Notes: generated by a model from the letters alone, not told the origin. A stretch of 63,967 nucleotides of DNA, filler included, from an uncultured Methanospirillum sp. (GCA_964637135.1; 3 parts of 3 records of this genome joined end to end with filler, not necessarily neighbours in it), one strand, 5' to 3'; numbered from the whole stretch's first letter, positions 13,184 through 24,284 are shown. Made by a program: numbers and translations.

Positions 13184-13449
13184 TGATGTGAGTAGAGAGT
13201 TTGGCAGATGGAGTGAAAGAGTAGAAGGTGCATACGGGTTCCCTCCTTTTTTTTGGGGAATATATGTTATACCCTCTTCTCCAGGTACAATTCGAAAATG
13301 GTTTTGATATTTCTTCTTTCCTCCTGCCAGATGGCATACCCGGGCTTTTTCCCGAGAATTATTTGAAAACATTATTGGGCACATAATATAAATTCAGTTT
13401 ACAAACTCATCGAGTTAACTAAATCCTCCCTCTATAACAAGGTAATACC

Positions 13450-14505
13450 ATGGAAAAAAACAGGTTGTATTGTATTATCGCAGTCATGCTGATCCTAACT
13501 GGATTCGGTCCGGGATTTGTGTATGCTGGTGAAACCCGAACAGTCACCGATATGATAGGTCGTACGGTTGAGGTTCCCTCTGAGATCAAGAGCGTCCTCT
13601 GTACAGCCCCACCGGCCTGTAATCTTGTCTATATGGTTGCCCCTGATCAGCTTTCAGGCTGGAATAGTGTCCCGGCTGAAGAGTATATTCCAGAAAAGTA
13701 TCAGTCGCTTCCGGTAATAGGAAGCAGTCAGGGAACAAAACAATGCAATTATGAGCTTATCTTATCAATGCACCCTGATATCTTTGTAACAACCTCTCCG
13801 AACAGCCCCTCTGATGAGGCAGCCTATGCTGCAATCGAAGAACAACAGGAGAAACTAGGTTCCATACCAGTTGTTGCGATAAAAGATGTTGTGAAATCTA
13901 CCGGTTATTCTGAACCCATCCGGTTTACCGGTCAACTTCTTGGAGAAGAAAAGCAGGCCGAAGCGATGATCGAGTACTATGAACGGGTACTCTCTGAAGT
14001 GAGAAAACAGGCGGCCCTGATTCCGGATAATGAACGGGTACGGGTGTATTATGCATCTGATATAACCGGCCTCCAGACTGCTCTTTCCGGTTCATACCAT
14101 ACTGAACTGATCGATTTGTGTGGTGGCATAAATGTTGCAGAGAGCATGAATGCATCGAAAACCGCATTTAGCGAGGTTTCGCGTGAACAGATTATCCGCT
14201 GGGATCCCGAAGTAATTCTGGCAGCAAACCCTGAATTTTATGCAAGTGTGCAAACTGATCCCGTCTGGCAGGATATTAGTGCCGTGAAGACCGGCCGGGT
14301 ATATCTCATTCCCCATACGGCCTACAGTTGGTTCGATATGCCACCGGGACCGAACCAGATTATTGGAATTCCATGGACGGCGAAAACCCTGTATCCGGAT
14401 TACTTCCAGGATTTGGATCTTGAGAGCCTTGTCAGGGAATACCACGAGATCTTCATTCATGAATCACTCTCTGATGACCAGATCCGGGAAAATTTAAATC
14501 CATGA
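13450..14505 (+). CDS. ABC transporter substrate-binding protein, iron-siderophore/cobalamin type (copy 2)
   Basis: TDMIGRTV, EQIIRWDPEVI and AVKTGRVY motifs; clear paralog of copy 1. Confidence 0.85.
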   Translation: MEKNRLYCIIAVMLILTGFGPGFVYAGETRTVTDMIGRTVEVPSEIKSVLCTAPPACNLVYMVAPDQLSGWNSVPAEEYIPEKYQSLPVIGSSQGTKQCNYELILSMHPDIFVTTSPNSPSDEAAYAAIEEQQEKLGSIPVVAIKDVVKSTGYSEPIRFTGQLLGEEKQAEAMIEYYERVLSEVRKQAALIPDNERVRVYYASDITGLQTALSGSYHTELIDLCGGINVAESMNASKTAFSEVSREQIIRWDPEVILAANPEFYASVQTDPVWQDISAVKTGRVYLIPHTAYSWFDMPPGPNQIIGIPWTAKTLYPDYFQDLDLESLVREYHEIFIHESLSDDQIRENLNP

Positions 14506-14587
14506 GTCTGTTCATGTGAAATCAGTGGACTCACCTTAAAAAACAATTTTTCAGTAAATTAGTGTACAGTAGCGTATTGAGGTATAA

Positions 14588-15598
14588 ATGAAAAAAAATC
14601 ATCAGGGTTTGAATTCGTTCAAATTCATATTCATCACAGCGCTTGTGATAGTTACCTGCATCACCGGGCAGGTATTGGCAACCGGGATTGACACGAAAAT
14701 CGTAACTGATATAGCAGGAAGAGAAGTCCACATTCCAGACAATATCAATAGTATTGCTACTGACGGAGCGGTTCCGGTATTGAACAGTTTTACCTTCCTC
14801 ATGGGGAAGGGAGACAAGCTCGCCTATACCTACCCATCCTCCTCGAAGTACCTGTATATTATCGAGCCGGGTTTAGAGGAGAAACCCCGGATAGAAGGGA
14901 GTATTGAACTTGAAGAGCTCATAAAACTCAATCCCGACATCGTATTGACCGCGAGTAGGGACAATGTGGATTCATTTTCAGACAGGGGTCTTACGGTTGT
15001 GTTCCTGCCGATGCCAGAGACTGATGCAGAGCTCGTGAAAATCGTGGTAAGGGTGCTTGAAGGGGTCTATGATGAACAGGAGAGAGGCGAGAGGTACATC
15101 TCGTACTTCGATGATACCATCGCCCGCGTGGATAACATTGTATCATCCATACCCGAAGATGAGCGTCTGAAGGTACTGTATTGTAACTACAAGACCATGA
15201 CCGCACATCACCGGTGGTGGATCGAGAAAGCCGGTGGAATTTCAGTTTCAAAAAACGATATCTCGAAACGAACCACGTTTGATCTGGAGGAGCTGATTGC
15301 ATGGGACCCTGATGTGATGTTTGTCAGTAGTTCAGAGGTAGATCAGGTTTACAATGAAACAAGGCTCAATGGTGTGAGCGCAGTTAAAAATAAAAATGTG
15401 TATGCGATACCTGGTTCGATTGGCCCCTGGGGATATTCATGTGAACAACCGTTGATGCTGCTCCTGACGGCGAAAACGCTCTACCCTGAGCAATTCCAGG
15501 ATGTTGACATGGAAGCTGAGATCATTGCTTTCTTTAAAGAGTTCTATACCTGCGATATCACACGGGATCAAGCGGCGGAGATACTCCTTGGAAAGTGA
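14588..15598 (+). CDS. ABC transporter substrate-binding protein, iron-siderophore/cobalamin type (copy 3, divergent)
   Basis: TDIAGREV, EELIAWDPDV, AVKNKNVY and AKTLYPEQF motifs. Confidence 0.8.
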   Translation: MKKNHQGLNSFKFIFITALVIVTCITGQVLATGIDTKIVTDIAGREVHIPDNINSIATDGAVPVLNSFTFLMGKGDKLAYTYPSSSKYLYIIEPGLEEKPRIEGSIELEELIKLNPDIVLTASRDNVDSFSDRGLTVVFLPMPETDAELVKIVVRVLEGVYDEQERGERYISYFDDTIARVDNIVSSIPEDERLKVLYCNYKTMTAHHRWWIEKAGGISVSKNDISKRTTFDLEELIAWDPDVMFVSSSEVDQVYNETRLNGVSAVKNKNVYAIPGSIGPWGYSCEQPLMLLLTAKTLYPEQFQDVDMEAEIIAFFKEFYTCDITRDQAAEILLGK

Positions 15599-15857
15599 TT
15601 AGACAACATAATATCTGGTCTGTAAGAGAGGATTGACGAGATAATTCTTCGTATTCTCTTTTTTGTTCTTCGGGATTATAGGCAATACAGAGATCCTGTT
15701 CTTCAGTTAGTCAGCAATTATCCTCGTTCGGCCCGTGAAAATGGGGAAAATCCGGGATTATGCCGGGTATTGCCAGAAAGCAAACTGGAGTCTTGTCTAT
15801 CCACGGAAAAGACAGGAGCCTGGGATTATCAGTGGTAAAAAAAAGATCGTGGCCGGA

Positions 15858-18168
15858 TCAGACCACCGGTCTGACATAGGTGACATTGCCGGTCACGTAA
15901 CACCAGTACCCCTGCCAGGGAGAGAGGGGCCGCTCATCGCTCTGGTTCCCGGTGCCTCCCCTGATGATCGGCTCGTTGTAGACCTGGGTTGTTGCATTGA
16001 ACCCGACAAGATAACTCCAGTTGCCGCTGATCGGTTCCATTTGTTTCTTTGCAGCGAGGACATCAGTCCCGACGACCCCGAATCCGTTCCAGCCTGATGT
16101 CAGATTCTGTTCGTATACTCCGGTCTGGACGGGGTCAAGGGCAAGGGGCAGGAAGGCAGGCGAATCGGTCCACACCCAGTACGCAGAGAGAGGGGTGATA
16201 CGCTGTCCGGCCGGAACGATCTGCCAGGTATTGTTTGCGTATGTCAGGACCGAATGGCCTGATGTGTTGGTAAGCGACCCGAATACCTCCTGTGCAGAGT
16301 CTTTCCCGGAGAGGAGCCGTTTGGCAAAAGATACCTGGTTCCACCCGGGGGCGAGGATCAGGTGATCTGGTTCTGGCGGATTCATGGCTGTGAGCGATGC
16401 GGAGAGGTTGGCACGACCGCCGGTTACGGTTTTTCCCTGAAGACCGGGAAGGGGATCGGCTCCGGCAAGGATGGCATCCCTGACCTCTTCAGTTGTTGCA
16501 TCCGGTATATATGACTCGAGCATGGCTGCCATTCCGCTCACCATCGGGGTGGCCATCGAGGTTCCGGACATGTATCCCCATCGATCCATGGTTTTTGCTC
16601 CATACCCGTCAGAGAGGATGATGTCATCCAGTCCGATGAGACAGAAGGTTCCGTCAGCGACAAACCGGATGAAAATGGGCCTTCCCTGCATATCATCGGG
16701 GATTTTACTGGATCTCTGGATAAACGGAATACTCAAGAGTATTCCATAATAACCCGTCTGTCGAGCCCTGAAGCGAGAAGGCAAAGTTGCTTCCGACTGC
16801 TTCCCACTGGTAGTATAGTACCGGGTCGGCAATTCCGCTCAAATCGAGTGGCTGGTTCAGGGTCAGGATCAGGGGGAGATCTGTTGAGTTCGGTCCGGTC
16901 CGGTTCACCACGCCCAGGGCACTAGATGGCGGGGAGACGTAATTTCTCGTATCAAGGGTCCAGTTCCCTGAGATGGTCCAGTTGGCATACGAGGTGAAGG
17001 GATCATGCCAGAGCGGGACAGGAGAGTACTGGTTTTTCAGGGTGGAGAAGATGTTGACACCCGGTGCCCCGATGTCAACCGATTTCTGCCCGTAATTTGA
17101 GAAATCTGCAAGATCATCGGTTGCATTCGTGGCGGTAACCGATATGATCCGCGAGAGGTTATAGCAGGAAGGGTACTGGGGGATGGTATCAGTGTTTATG
17201 TGTGAATTTCCTGCAGAACAGATGAAAAGCCCGGGGGTGATATTCATCACATCATACTCGGCCCTGCTGAAATCCCCGGATCCGTACGAACAGGAGAATA
17301 TGTCTGCCCCGTGTGCCGAGGCCCAGAGAATGCCTGATATACTATTAGATACCGTCCCGGTTCCGAAACTGTTCAGGAACCGGATCGGCATGATGGAGGC
17401 ATTCCAGGATACCCCGGATATCCCGAGCGAGTTGTTTCCGACGCCCCCGATGATCCCGGCACAATGGGTTCCGTGGGAGGCCAGATCCATCGGGTCGGTG
17501 TCACCGTTCAGGGCATCGTACCCATGGGCCCCGGTGTTCGGGTCAGTCCATATGTTTGCGGCAAGATCCGGGTGGAGGTAATCAACCCCTGTATCAACAA
17601 CCGCAACGATGACCCGATTTCCGGACGTGGTGGTGTTCCATGCTTCTGGTGCAGAGATATCAGCACCCGGCAGGCCCGGGGTGATATTCTCCTGATAGAC
17701 CTGTCCGGTGTTCAGGAGCCCCCACTGCCTGAAGAACTCAGGATCGTCTGGAATACGGTCTGCGTACCGAAGATAGTCAGGTTCGGCATACAGTACCCCT
17801 GGAACAGCCTGGTATGCTGTTACTGCATCCGGGACCGGGAGGGTGGAAGGAAGCTCCACCAGCTGGAGTCCGGTAGCCCCTTCCGCGGAGAAGTCATGAA
17901 TTACACTGGTTCCAAGGGCACTGTGTGATTCAGATGCCGCGGCCACGGCATCAGGGGAGAACCTGACCAGGATCTGTCCCTCAGCAAACCCGGTTTCTGA
18001 ACTGTCCTCCGGTGAGGAGAGCCCTCCGGTCAGATCCTGATACATCTCAAGGAGTGCCCGGGATGTCTCCGTCTCCTGGAAATCTGCCGTACCGGTCGCA
18101 GATACCGGAACGGAGGAAATGATCAGAGCAAGAATGAGAACGATGATAGCCCCGCTGTTCGATTTCAT
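15858..18168 (-). pseudogene. Secreted S8 (subtilisin-like) protease split by a frameshift near 16720
   Basis: Signal peptide, prodomain, Asp (VVDTG) and His (SHGTHCAG) lie in ORF 16705-18168. The catalytic Ser (SGTSMATP) and a C-terminal GWN-repeat domain lie in another frame (15858-16832). Confidence 0.8.
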
Positions 18169-18394
18169 GGATGTCCTCGTTGTACAGGTGCATTGCAGAA
18201 AAGAGATGATAAACCTGTTGGATTGAGATGAGATCGTCATACCGGTCGGGGTGCAACGGTTTTCACATGATCAGGAGTCATGATCTCCCTCGGCATGGTG
18301 GTCATCATGGGATATGGGGAAAACGAACCTGATTATCCCGATAATCCGGTCTATGACGCGAAGGTACTTATCTCTGGCATACCTACCCCAACAT

Positions 18395-19564
18395 ATGAAA
18401 TCCTCTCTTCTGCCTGTTCTTATCATCACAGCCCTGCTTGCCGGTACAGGTGCTGCTGAGAGCGGGGGGATGCTTGAGGTGACCGCTGATATCAGGGGCG
18501 TGGATATTTTCGTTGACGGACTCATGATTGGCCAGGCCCCGGTGACACTCATCGATCTCGAGGACGGAACTCACCAGGTCAGGGCAGAGGCGACAGGGTA
18601 TGATCCGCTGATCCGGACCGTTTCGATCCCCCATGGGGGGGGGGAAAAAATCAGGTTTGAGTTCATTCCCGATTCTCCTGAGAAGATACCCGGACAGATC
18701 AGGATCGAAGACTGTGTCGGAACCCCTGAAATGACCAGCCTCTCCGGAACGTCGGTTGACATCCTTGGTCTACCCGATGGTTCTCGCCGTGTATTCTATT
18801 CAGGACACGGACAGGGTATCATCACGGCGGTCATGGATGAATACGGGAAGTGGATAGAAAACCCTGATCCGGTTCTGACCGATGCGGCATTAACGGGTTC
18901 TGCCCTGCCTCCTACCGGCCCGTGGGTTTTTCCTGTGGGTACGGGGTACCGGCTGATATACCAGCAGTTCGAGGGCACGAAAGGCTACCTCATGAGTGCC
19001 TATTCTCCTGACGGAGAAAAATTCACCCCGGAAGGGCCGCTTACCTTCAGGTGGCAGGGGATGGACACCGAGGTGATCCAGCCATCCATGCCGTCAGGGT
19101 TTAACCGGTCAGACGGTTCTCTGTTCATGTTCTATACGAAGGGAAAGGAGGGGATCTCCTCAGCGACATCGGCTGACGGGGGAAAGAGCTGGGATTTTGA
19201 TCATGATTTTCTCATCCCGGGTGCGACTGATCCGTCTGCGGTCCTCCTTCCCGACGGGTCAGCCGGGATCTTCTATACAGACCTGACCCAGAATTTTAAA
19301 GGGCAGCGGATATGGTTCAGGCATGCGGGAAATCCCGGCGATCTTGAAAAAGCTGAACCGGTTCTTGTACTTGAGGTCGGAGAGCCGGGGGTATGGCTCC
19401 TTGATCCTGATATCTACCAGGACGGGCAGGGAAGATGGACGCTCTTCTTCTCGATATTCGGTGGATATGATCGTGAGAGCGGCTTATCTGAACCGGCTAT
19501 CATGCAGGCGGTAATCGATCCAAGATGCCTGGTGACACGGGCAACCCATACGTCCGCGGCGTGA
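18395..19564 (+). CDS. Secreted PEGA-domain protein with a beta-propeller-like C-terminal region
   Basis: Signal peptide; GVDIFVDG...AP...GTHQVRAEATGY (PEGA); repeated S-x-DG-x-x-W/F and DP motifs. Confidence 0.7.
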   Translation: MKSSLLPVLIITALLAGTGAAESGGMLEVTADIRGVDIFVDGLMIGQAPVTLIDLEDGTHQVRAEATGYDPLIRTVSIPHGGGEKIRFEFIPDSPEKIPGQIRIEDCVGTPEMTSLSGTSVDILGLPDGSRRVFYSGHGQGIITAVMDEYGKWIENPDPVLTDAALTGSALPPTGPWVFPVGTGYRLIYQQFEGTKGYLMSAYSPDGEKFTPEGPLTFRWQGMDTEVIQPSMPSGFNRSDGSLFMFYTKGKEGISSATSADGGKSWDFDHDFLIPGATDPSAVLLPDGSAGIFYTDLTQNFKGQRIWFRHAGNPGDLEKAEPVLVLEVGEPGVWLLDPDIYQDGQGRWTLFFSIFGGYDRESGLSEPAIMQAVIDPRCLVTRATHTSAA

Positions 19565-19586
19565 CATTGAAAATTCTGAAAAAAAG

Positions 19587-19658
19587 TGGACTTGGCGGGA
19601 TTTGAACCCGCGGCCTCTGCGTTGCGAACACAGCGATCTACCCCTGATCTACAAGCCC
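19587..19658 (-). tRNA. tRNA-Ala (CGC)
   Basis: GGGCTTGTAGATCAGGGGTAGATCGCTGTGTTCGCAACGCAGAGGCCGCGGGTTCAAATCCCGCCAAGTCCA folds as a cloverleaf with the G3:U70 alanine identity pair. Confidence 0.95.
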
Positions 19659-19669
19659 GGAAAGGGAGA

Positions 19670-20683
19670 TCAGAGAATGATCTCGATATCTAATTTTTCT
19701 GCCAGTTCCTTATACCGGTTTCTGATGGTCACTTCAGTTACACCGGCAACCTCGGCAACTTCACGCTGTGTACGACGTTCCCCGCCAAGGATTGAGGAGA
19801 TATAGATCGCTGCTGCTGCAACCCCGGTCGGACCGCGGCCGGAAGTCAGTTCACGTTCCCCGGCCTGCCTGAGGATCTCAACAGCCCGGCTCTGCACCTC
19901 TCCTTTCAGCTGCAGCCCTGAGCAGAATCTCGGGACATAGTCGATCGGGGAGGTTGGAAGCAGTTTCAACCCGAGTTCACGTGAGATAAACCGGTATGTC
20001 CTCCCGATCTCCTTGCGGGAGACCCGCGAGACTTCTGCTATCTCGTCAAGGGTACGGGGCACACTGCACTGACGGCAGGCAGCATACAGGGCGGCCGCTG
20101 CCACTCCTTCAATACTCCTTCCCCTGATGAGATTCTTGTCAACGGCATCACGGTAGACAACTGCAGCGGTTTCACGGACGTTCCGTGGCAGACCAAGCGC
20201 AGAGGCCATCCGGTCAAGTTCAGAGAGGGCAAAGGCAAGGTTCCGCTCGGTAGCATTGCTCACCCTGATACGACGCTGCCATTTCCGCAGGCGGTAGAGC
20301 TGTGCACGATTCTTTGATGAGATGGCACGGCCGTAACTGTCACGGTTCCGCCAGTCTATCATCGTGGAGAGCCCCTTGTCGTGAATCGTAAAGGTCATCG
20401 GGGCACCGACACGGGATCTCTTCATCCGCTGATCATGATCGAAGGCACGCCACTCCGGGCCACGGTCGATGAACTCGGCATCGATAACAAGTCCGCACTG
20501 CTGGCAGACGAGTTCTGCCCGTTCGTAGTCATGCACGAGCTGCCGGCTCCCGCATTCCGGACAGACTGATTCGGTCTGGTTCTCAATCTTCTTCTGTTTC
20601 TCAACGACCTTTCCGGTGAGACGGTTTTTAAGTGCCTCGCGTTCCTTCTGAAGGGTCCTAAGTTTCTCTATCTCTTCTGACAT
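19670..20683 (-). CDS. tfb: Transcription initiation factor IIB
   Basis: CPECG...CQQCG zinc ribbon, GPEWRAF and cyclin repeats. Confidence 0.97.
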   Translation of the reverse strand: MSEEIEKLRTLQKEREALKNRLTGKVVEKQKKIENQTESVCPECGSRQLVHDYERAELVCQQCGLVIDAEFIDRGPEWRAFDHDQRMKRSRVGAPMTFTIHDKGLSTMIDWRNRDSYGRAISSKNRAQLYRLRKWQRRIRVSNATERNLAFALSELDRMASALGLPRNVRETAAVVYRDAVDKNLIRGRSIEGVAAAALYAACRQCSVPRTLDEIAEVSRVSRKEIGRTYRFISRELGLKLLPTSPIDYVPRFCSGLQLKGEVQSRAVEILRQAGERELTSGRGPTGVAAAAIYISSILGGERRTQREVAEVAGVTEVTIRNRYKELAEKLDIEIIL

Positions 20684-20699
20684 CCGATATCAGTCCTGC

Positions 20700-20930
20700 T
20701 TATTTGATGAATAATCGCTCACCGACGAATGGTTCAAGTTCTGCATGATGTGTCCATACTGCCGCAAAGGGCGATTCGATATTACCGAAAATATCAACCA
20801 GTTTTCCAACCGGTTTCCACCGCTTGTCCAGAACACTACTGTACAGGCGTGGAAGTTTAGCGGCATCACACTCAACGATGAGCATGTGATGCCCCATGCT
20901 ACATTTTACTCTGCCAATAGCCCGTACCAT
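20700..20930 (-). CDS. gar1: H/ACA RNP protein Gar1
   Basis: VGKLVDIFGNIESPF motif; conserved position upstream of tfb. Confidence 0.8.
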   Translation of the reverse strand: MVRAIGRVKCSMGHHMLIVECDAAKLPRLYSSVLDKRWKPVGKLVDIFGNIESPFAAVWTHHAELEPFVGERLFIK

Positions 20931-21037
20931 CAGCTCCGCCCCCCTATCCGTACATTTTCCATTCGGAGAATGAATTAAGCAACCTATATATGTATCTTCA
21001 ATCAGTATTTATTCTTTACCTGAAGGTTTAATAAATC

Positions 21038-21688
21038 TTATGAGAAGAAGTTAAACCGGTTCGTTTTTAAATTGAGTGCCTTGTCCCGCATTTCCTCTGG
21101 AATACCCGCACCCTGTGCGATAACTTCCCGTGATACTCCGGTCATGAGATCTCCCGGTGCATGTGCGTCTGAATCGATAACCAGGTTACATCCGCATTTT
21201 TCTGCGACCCTGGCCACGAACCCGTTCGTACGGTTATGTCCTCCCCGCGCCGTGATCTCAAGGAAGATACCATTCTCTGCAGCTGCCATGGCATCCTCCT
21301 CCCTGATAAGACCGGGATGGGCGAGAATATCTACGTATTCGCAGGAACAGGCCGCTGCATTCGTACCGGTAGCGACCGGCTCAACCGGGGTTTCCCCATG
21401 AACGACCACGATATCGGCCCCCTCGTTCTTTGCCTCTTTTGCCAGGAGAGTTATATCTGCCGGGGGGACGTGGGTGATCTCAACACCGGTAAGGAGGCTG
21501 ATTCCGAACGTTTCGGCTGAAGGGCGGACCCGTTCTATCGCACGGATTGTCGCGGTGATATTGCTCCGGTCGACATGATCAGTTATGGCCATCACATCAT
21601 ACCCGAGTACCGCCATCCGGCGGATCAGTTCGGTCGGTAGAAGTTCGCCGTCAGAGAGGAGGGTATGAGTGTGAAGGTCGTACATCAT
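21038..21688 (-). CDS. PHP-domain phosphatase (histidinol phosphatase-like)
   Basis: DLHTHT, ITDH, LAHPG and DSDAH motifs. Confidence 0.85.
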   Translation of the reverse strand: MMYDLHTHTLLSDGELLPTELIRRMAVLGYDVMAITDHVDRSNITATIRAIERVRPSAETFGISLLTGVEITHVPPADITLLAKEAKNEGADIVVVHGETPVEPVATGTNAAACSCEYVDILAHPGLIREEDAMAAAENGIFLEITARGGHNRTNGFVARVAEKCGCNLVIDSDAHAPGDLMTGVSREVIAQGAGIPEEMRDKALNLKTNRFNFFS

Positions 21689-21706
21689 GGACTTTTGAGA
21701 GGTGTT

Positions 21707-21979
21707 CTATTTTGTCTTCTTCAGGGCCGCTGCCACGTGGGAGATGAGTTCGGTCTTCTTTCCGGTAAACGTGACGATGAGACGCCCTTCCCGTTTTGAC
21801 CAGTATGCCGGATGTGATTTTGCCTCCCTCCTGAACGTGATCCGGCAGGAATGGAGCGCCCGTTCAATATCAGCCATCGCCGGGCCTGGCACTGCCTTCT
21901 CCTGGGAAACCCTGCGCCCCTGATCCCTGGTCAGCCCGGCATCGAAATAGCAGGGATAGAGAATCTGCCCGTTATCCAT
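21707..21979 (-). CDS. srp19: Signal recognition particle protein SRP19
   Basis: LYPCYFD, TRDQGRRV and KSHP motifs. Confidence 0.9.
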   Translation of the reverse strand: MDNGQILYPCYFDAGLTRDQGRRVSQEKAVPGPAMADIERALHSCRITFRREAKSHPAYWSKREGRLIVTFTGKKTELISHVAAALKKTK

Positions 21980-22034
21980 CTACAGCTTTCTGAGATCTGA
22001 ACCTATAAACAACCAGCGGGAGAGATGGTACTCC

Positions 22035-22685
22035 ATGCACCATATCGATGTCTCCATCGAGAAGGATATTTTTTCGGCAAATATGCGGCTGGCGAAGGAG
22101 AATGCAGCTCATCTCAGGTCCCATGGTGTCAGGGCAATCGATCTTCTCGGCGGGATCGGTTCGGGAAAAACTGCATTGATAGAACAGATTGTGCCGAGAC
22201 TGAAAGCAAAAGGACTTGCAGCCGGTGCGATTGCAGGGGATGTCTATGGTGACGATGATTTCCAGCGGATTGTCTCGCTTGGCATTCCTGCTGAGAATGT
22301 GAATACCGGCAAGGAGTGTCACCTTGATGCCCACATGGTCGAACATGCCATCGATCATCTCCCGCTTGATACCATCGATCTCCTCTTTATCGAGAATGTC
22401 GGTAACATGGTCTGCCCGACCGATTTCGAGCTCGGGGCAGAAAAGCGGGTGGTTGTCATCTCCTCCACCGAGGGGGACGATGTCGTGAACAAGCATCCGA
22501 TGATGTTTCGGGGATGCTCAATCGCAGTGCTGAACAAGGTGGATCTCGCCGGGGCGGTCGGGGCCGATCTCGATCGGATGGAACGGGATATCTACCGGTA
22601 TAACCCGGGTATGAACGTTTTCAGGACGAATATGAAGACCGGTGACGGGGTCGACGCCCTTCTTGAAGAGATCCTGAGGGAGTGA
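22035..22685 (+). CDS. hypB: Hydrogenase nickel-incorporation GTPase
   Basis: GSGKT, CHLDA, ENVGNMVCP, TEGDD and NKVD motifs. Confidence 0.93.
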   Translation: MHHIDVSIEKDIFSANMRLAKENAAHLRSHGVRAIDLLGGIGSGKTALIEQIVPRLKAKGLAAGAIAGDVYGDDDFQRIVSLGIPAENVNTGKECHLDAHMVEHAIDHLPLDTIDLLFIENVGNMVCPTDFELGAEKRVVVISSTEGDDVVNKHPMMFRGCSIAVLNKVDLAGAVGADLDRMERDIYRYNPGMNVFRTNMKTGDGVDALLEEILRE

Positions 22686-22775
22686 ATACTTTATACCGGT
22701 GGGGGGCATATGTACAAGACTCTGTGGTATATTCCGGGCTCCCACACCAGATGACCAATACACGAGGAGATTAGA

Positions 22776-23153
22776 ATGCTTTGGCAAGGACGTTCCATAC
22801 GGAAACCAAGCGGTGGCAGATACCACCCGTCATGCGGTAAGAAGCGGTCCGAGATCGGGTCAGCCCCGGCCGAGACCCATGTCGGACAGGACCGGAGAAA
22901 GGTCTCGAGAACCTATGGTGGAAATACAAAAGTACGTGCCCTTCGCTGTGAATTTGCAGCGGTGAGCAACCTGGCAACCGGCCAGACCAAGATGGTGAAG
23001 ATCGAGAAGGTAGAGGAGAACAAGGCAAACCCGAACTATGTCAGGCGTAACCTCCTTACCCGCGGTGCTATCATTCGGACCGAGCTCGGAAAGGCAAAGA
23101 TCACCAGCCGGCCCGGCCAGCATGGTGTTATCAACGCCGTTCTCATCGAATAA
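22776..23153 (+). CDS. rps8e: 30S ribosomal protein S8e
   Basis: KPSGGR, RTYGGNTK and SRPGQHGVINA motifs. Confidence 0.95.
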   Translation: MLWQGRSIRKPSGGRYHPSCGKKRSEIGSAPAETHVGQDRRKVSRTYGGNTKVRALRCEFAAVSNLATGQTKMVKIEKVEENKANPNYVRRNLLTRGAIIRTELGKAKITSRPGQHGVINAVLIE

Positions 23154-23265
23154 CCCTTTTTTCGATCCGGCAGGAGCCGGAGTTCTGATGACCCGTATCC
23201 CGGCTGGAAGCATTAACCGCGATCCCGGTAGATGAGATAAGAGAGAGGACTATTTTTCTGATACT

Positions 23266-23730
23266 ATGACCCTGAAAACAACGCTTGCCGCTCCGTTTTA
23301 CCACAGCCGGGTAGATAAACTCGGGAAAGGAGAACTCATCTATTATTATGCCTTTGACCGGCGATGGATGGACCGCGAAACAGTAGACCTGTTGATCCGG
23401 AGGGGCCTGGAACAGAACCTGCTCGGAACGGATGGGGAGTTTTTCTACCCCTTGTTTGAACTCGGTACGGTGGAGATTCCTATCGGGTACAAACCCTCAT
23501 CTGCCATCTTTGAGGTCGATGATCCGGTCCAGCAGCTCATCGATCGTATCGCCGGACAGGCCGGCCTGACCCAGGAGGAAGTGGTAAGCGAGATGAATGC
23601 GATCATCACCGGCCGGTTTGATAGTCATATCCGCCCTGAAGCAGCACTCGTTCTCCTCGCGAAGGTGCATAAAACCGGGTGCAGCGATCTTATCGGAATG
23701 CTGGAATCAGCACTGGAAAAAAATAGGTAG
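23266..23730 (+). CDS. DUF2240-like conserved archaeal protein
   Basis: LAAPF...DRRWM N-terminus and typical size. Confidence 0.65.
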   Translation: MTLKTTLAAPFYHSRVDKLGKGELIYYYAFDRRWMDRETVDLLIRRGLEQNLLGTDGEFFYPLFELGTVEIPIGYKPSSAIFEVDDPVQQLIDRIAGQAGLTQEEVVSEMNAIITGRFDSHIRPEAALVLLAKVHKTGCSDLIGMLESALEKNR

Positions 23731-23733
23731 CCG

Positions 23734-24147
23734 TTAGTTCTCGGCAGGTGCCTCTGCCTCGGGTTCAGGCTGGGCAAAGTAAGCGCTGAGGGGTTTGCTT
23801 CCTGAATGGGAGACAACCACGTTTATCTGAACAAAGTCTGCGGTGATCTCATGTCCGCGAACCATTTTACGTCTGCGCTCACCGTCGAGTACCGGGTGGA
23901 ACCCTACGCCACCGCTGACAAGGCACCTGCGACGTCCAGCAATGGGCAGGCTCTTTCTTGCCGGTGTTCCGTTGCGATCAGAGGCACCGGTAATCCGGAT
24001 CTTGTACCCGTTAAATCCGAGTGCATCTGCATCGATCTCTTCTCCAATACACTTTCCAAGGAATGAACCAGCCGCACCGCCGGTAGCATCGATGTTGTAT
24101 GCCTTGCCGGAGGAGGGATCTGATAGAACCACTTTAAAATCAACCAT
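23734..24147 (-). CDS. rps6e: 30S ribosomal protein S6e
   Basis: FKVVLSDP, ITGASD and GERRRKMVRG motifs. Confidence 0.95.
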   Translation of the reverse strand: MVDFKVVLSDPSSGKAYNIDATGGAAGSFLGKCIGEEIDADALGFNGYKIRITGASDRNGTPARKSLPIAGRRRCLVSGGVGFHPVLDGERRRKMVRGHEITADFVQINVVVSHSGSKPLSAYFAQPEPEAEAPAEN

Positions 24148-24284
24148 AATGAATCATTACTCCTGTTCTCGTATCGTTCGGATTCCTCCGGGAGGGAGGG
24201 ATATGAATGTAAATATGTCACCATCACCCAGCACAGAATGGCTGAGAAGTCTCCGTATATTTGGGCCCGGATCCCTAATTAAAG

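Noticed and set aside
12040..14587. Shared metal-regulator operator upstream of the three binding-protein genes
   Set aside because: Only short, mutually dissimilar palindromes are present, as expected by chance in AT-rich DNA.
11922..19586. Integrated element at the tRNA-Ala 3' end
   Set aside because: No integrase and no duplicated tRNA 3' segment were found.
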